DNA from: an uncultured Gemmatimonadota bacterium
GTDB lineage: Bacteria; SM23-81
Length of the DNA stretch: 16,647 bases
Assembly (NCBI GenBank): GCA_964584035.1
Contig: CAZOYL010000053.1
Location: 1-16,647 of the forward strand
Direction: 5' to 3'
The position numbers and the translations under genes are program-made. Shown here piece after piece: positions 16,647-16,647 of the stretch. Position 1 is the stretch's first letter; each line of letters begins with the position of its first letter. Below the pieces are notes generated by a model, which saw nothing but the letters and a program-made list of their open reading frames with translations, was not told the origin of the DNA and ran no database searches.

Positions 16647-16647
16647 G

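Overview
GC-rich bacterial window. The T9SS-type C-terminal domains suggest an FCB-group lineage (inference). It holds a 5'-truncated phosphomannomutase/phosphoglucomutase on + and eight convergent genes on -. In coordinate order these encode a 1649-aa gingipain-like C25 protease with two Ig + FG-GAP modules, an exported TPR protein, an O6-methylguanine methyltransferase, a small 4-TM protein, two SBBP beta-propeller proteins with T9SS-A/FlgD-Ig CTDs, a lipoprotein made only of the domain normally fused N-terminally to SBBP propellers, and a 5'-truncated Kelch/Ig-repeat protein. Three sigma70-type promoters and three intrinsic terminators are readable. Main findings: (1) the protease and the otherwise unrelated Kelch protein end in the same ~101-aa domain (54/101 identical, ungapped, ending VGEFD), a candidate alternative C-terminal sorting/anchoring domain; (2) a split 'lipoprotein + two SBBP propellers' operon; (3) an unassigned structured-RNA-like element at about 13513-13683. 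No mobile elements, CRISPR arrays, tRNA or rRNA were seen.
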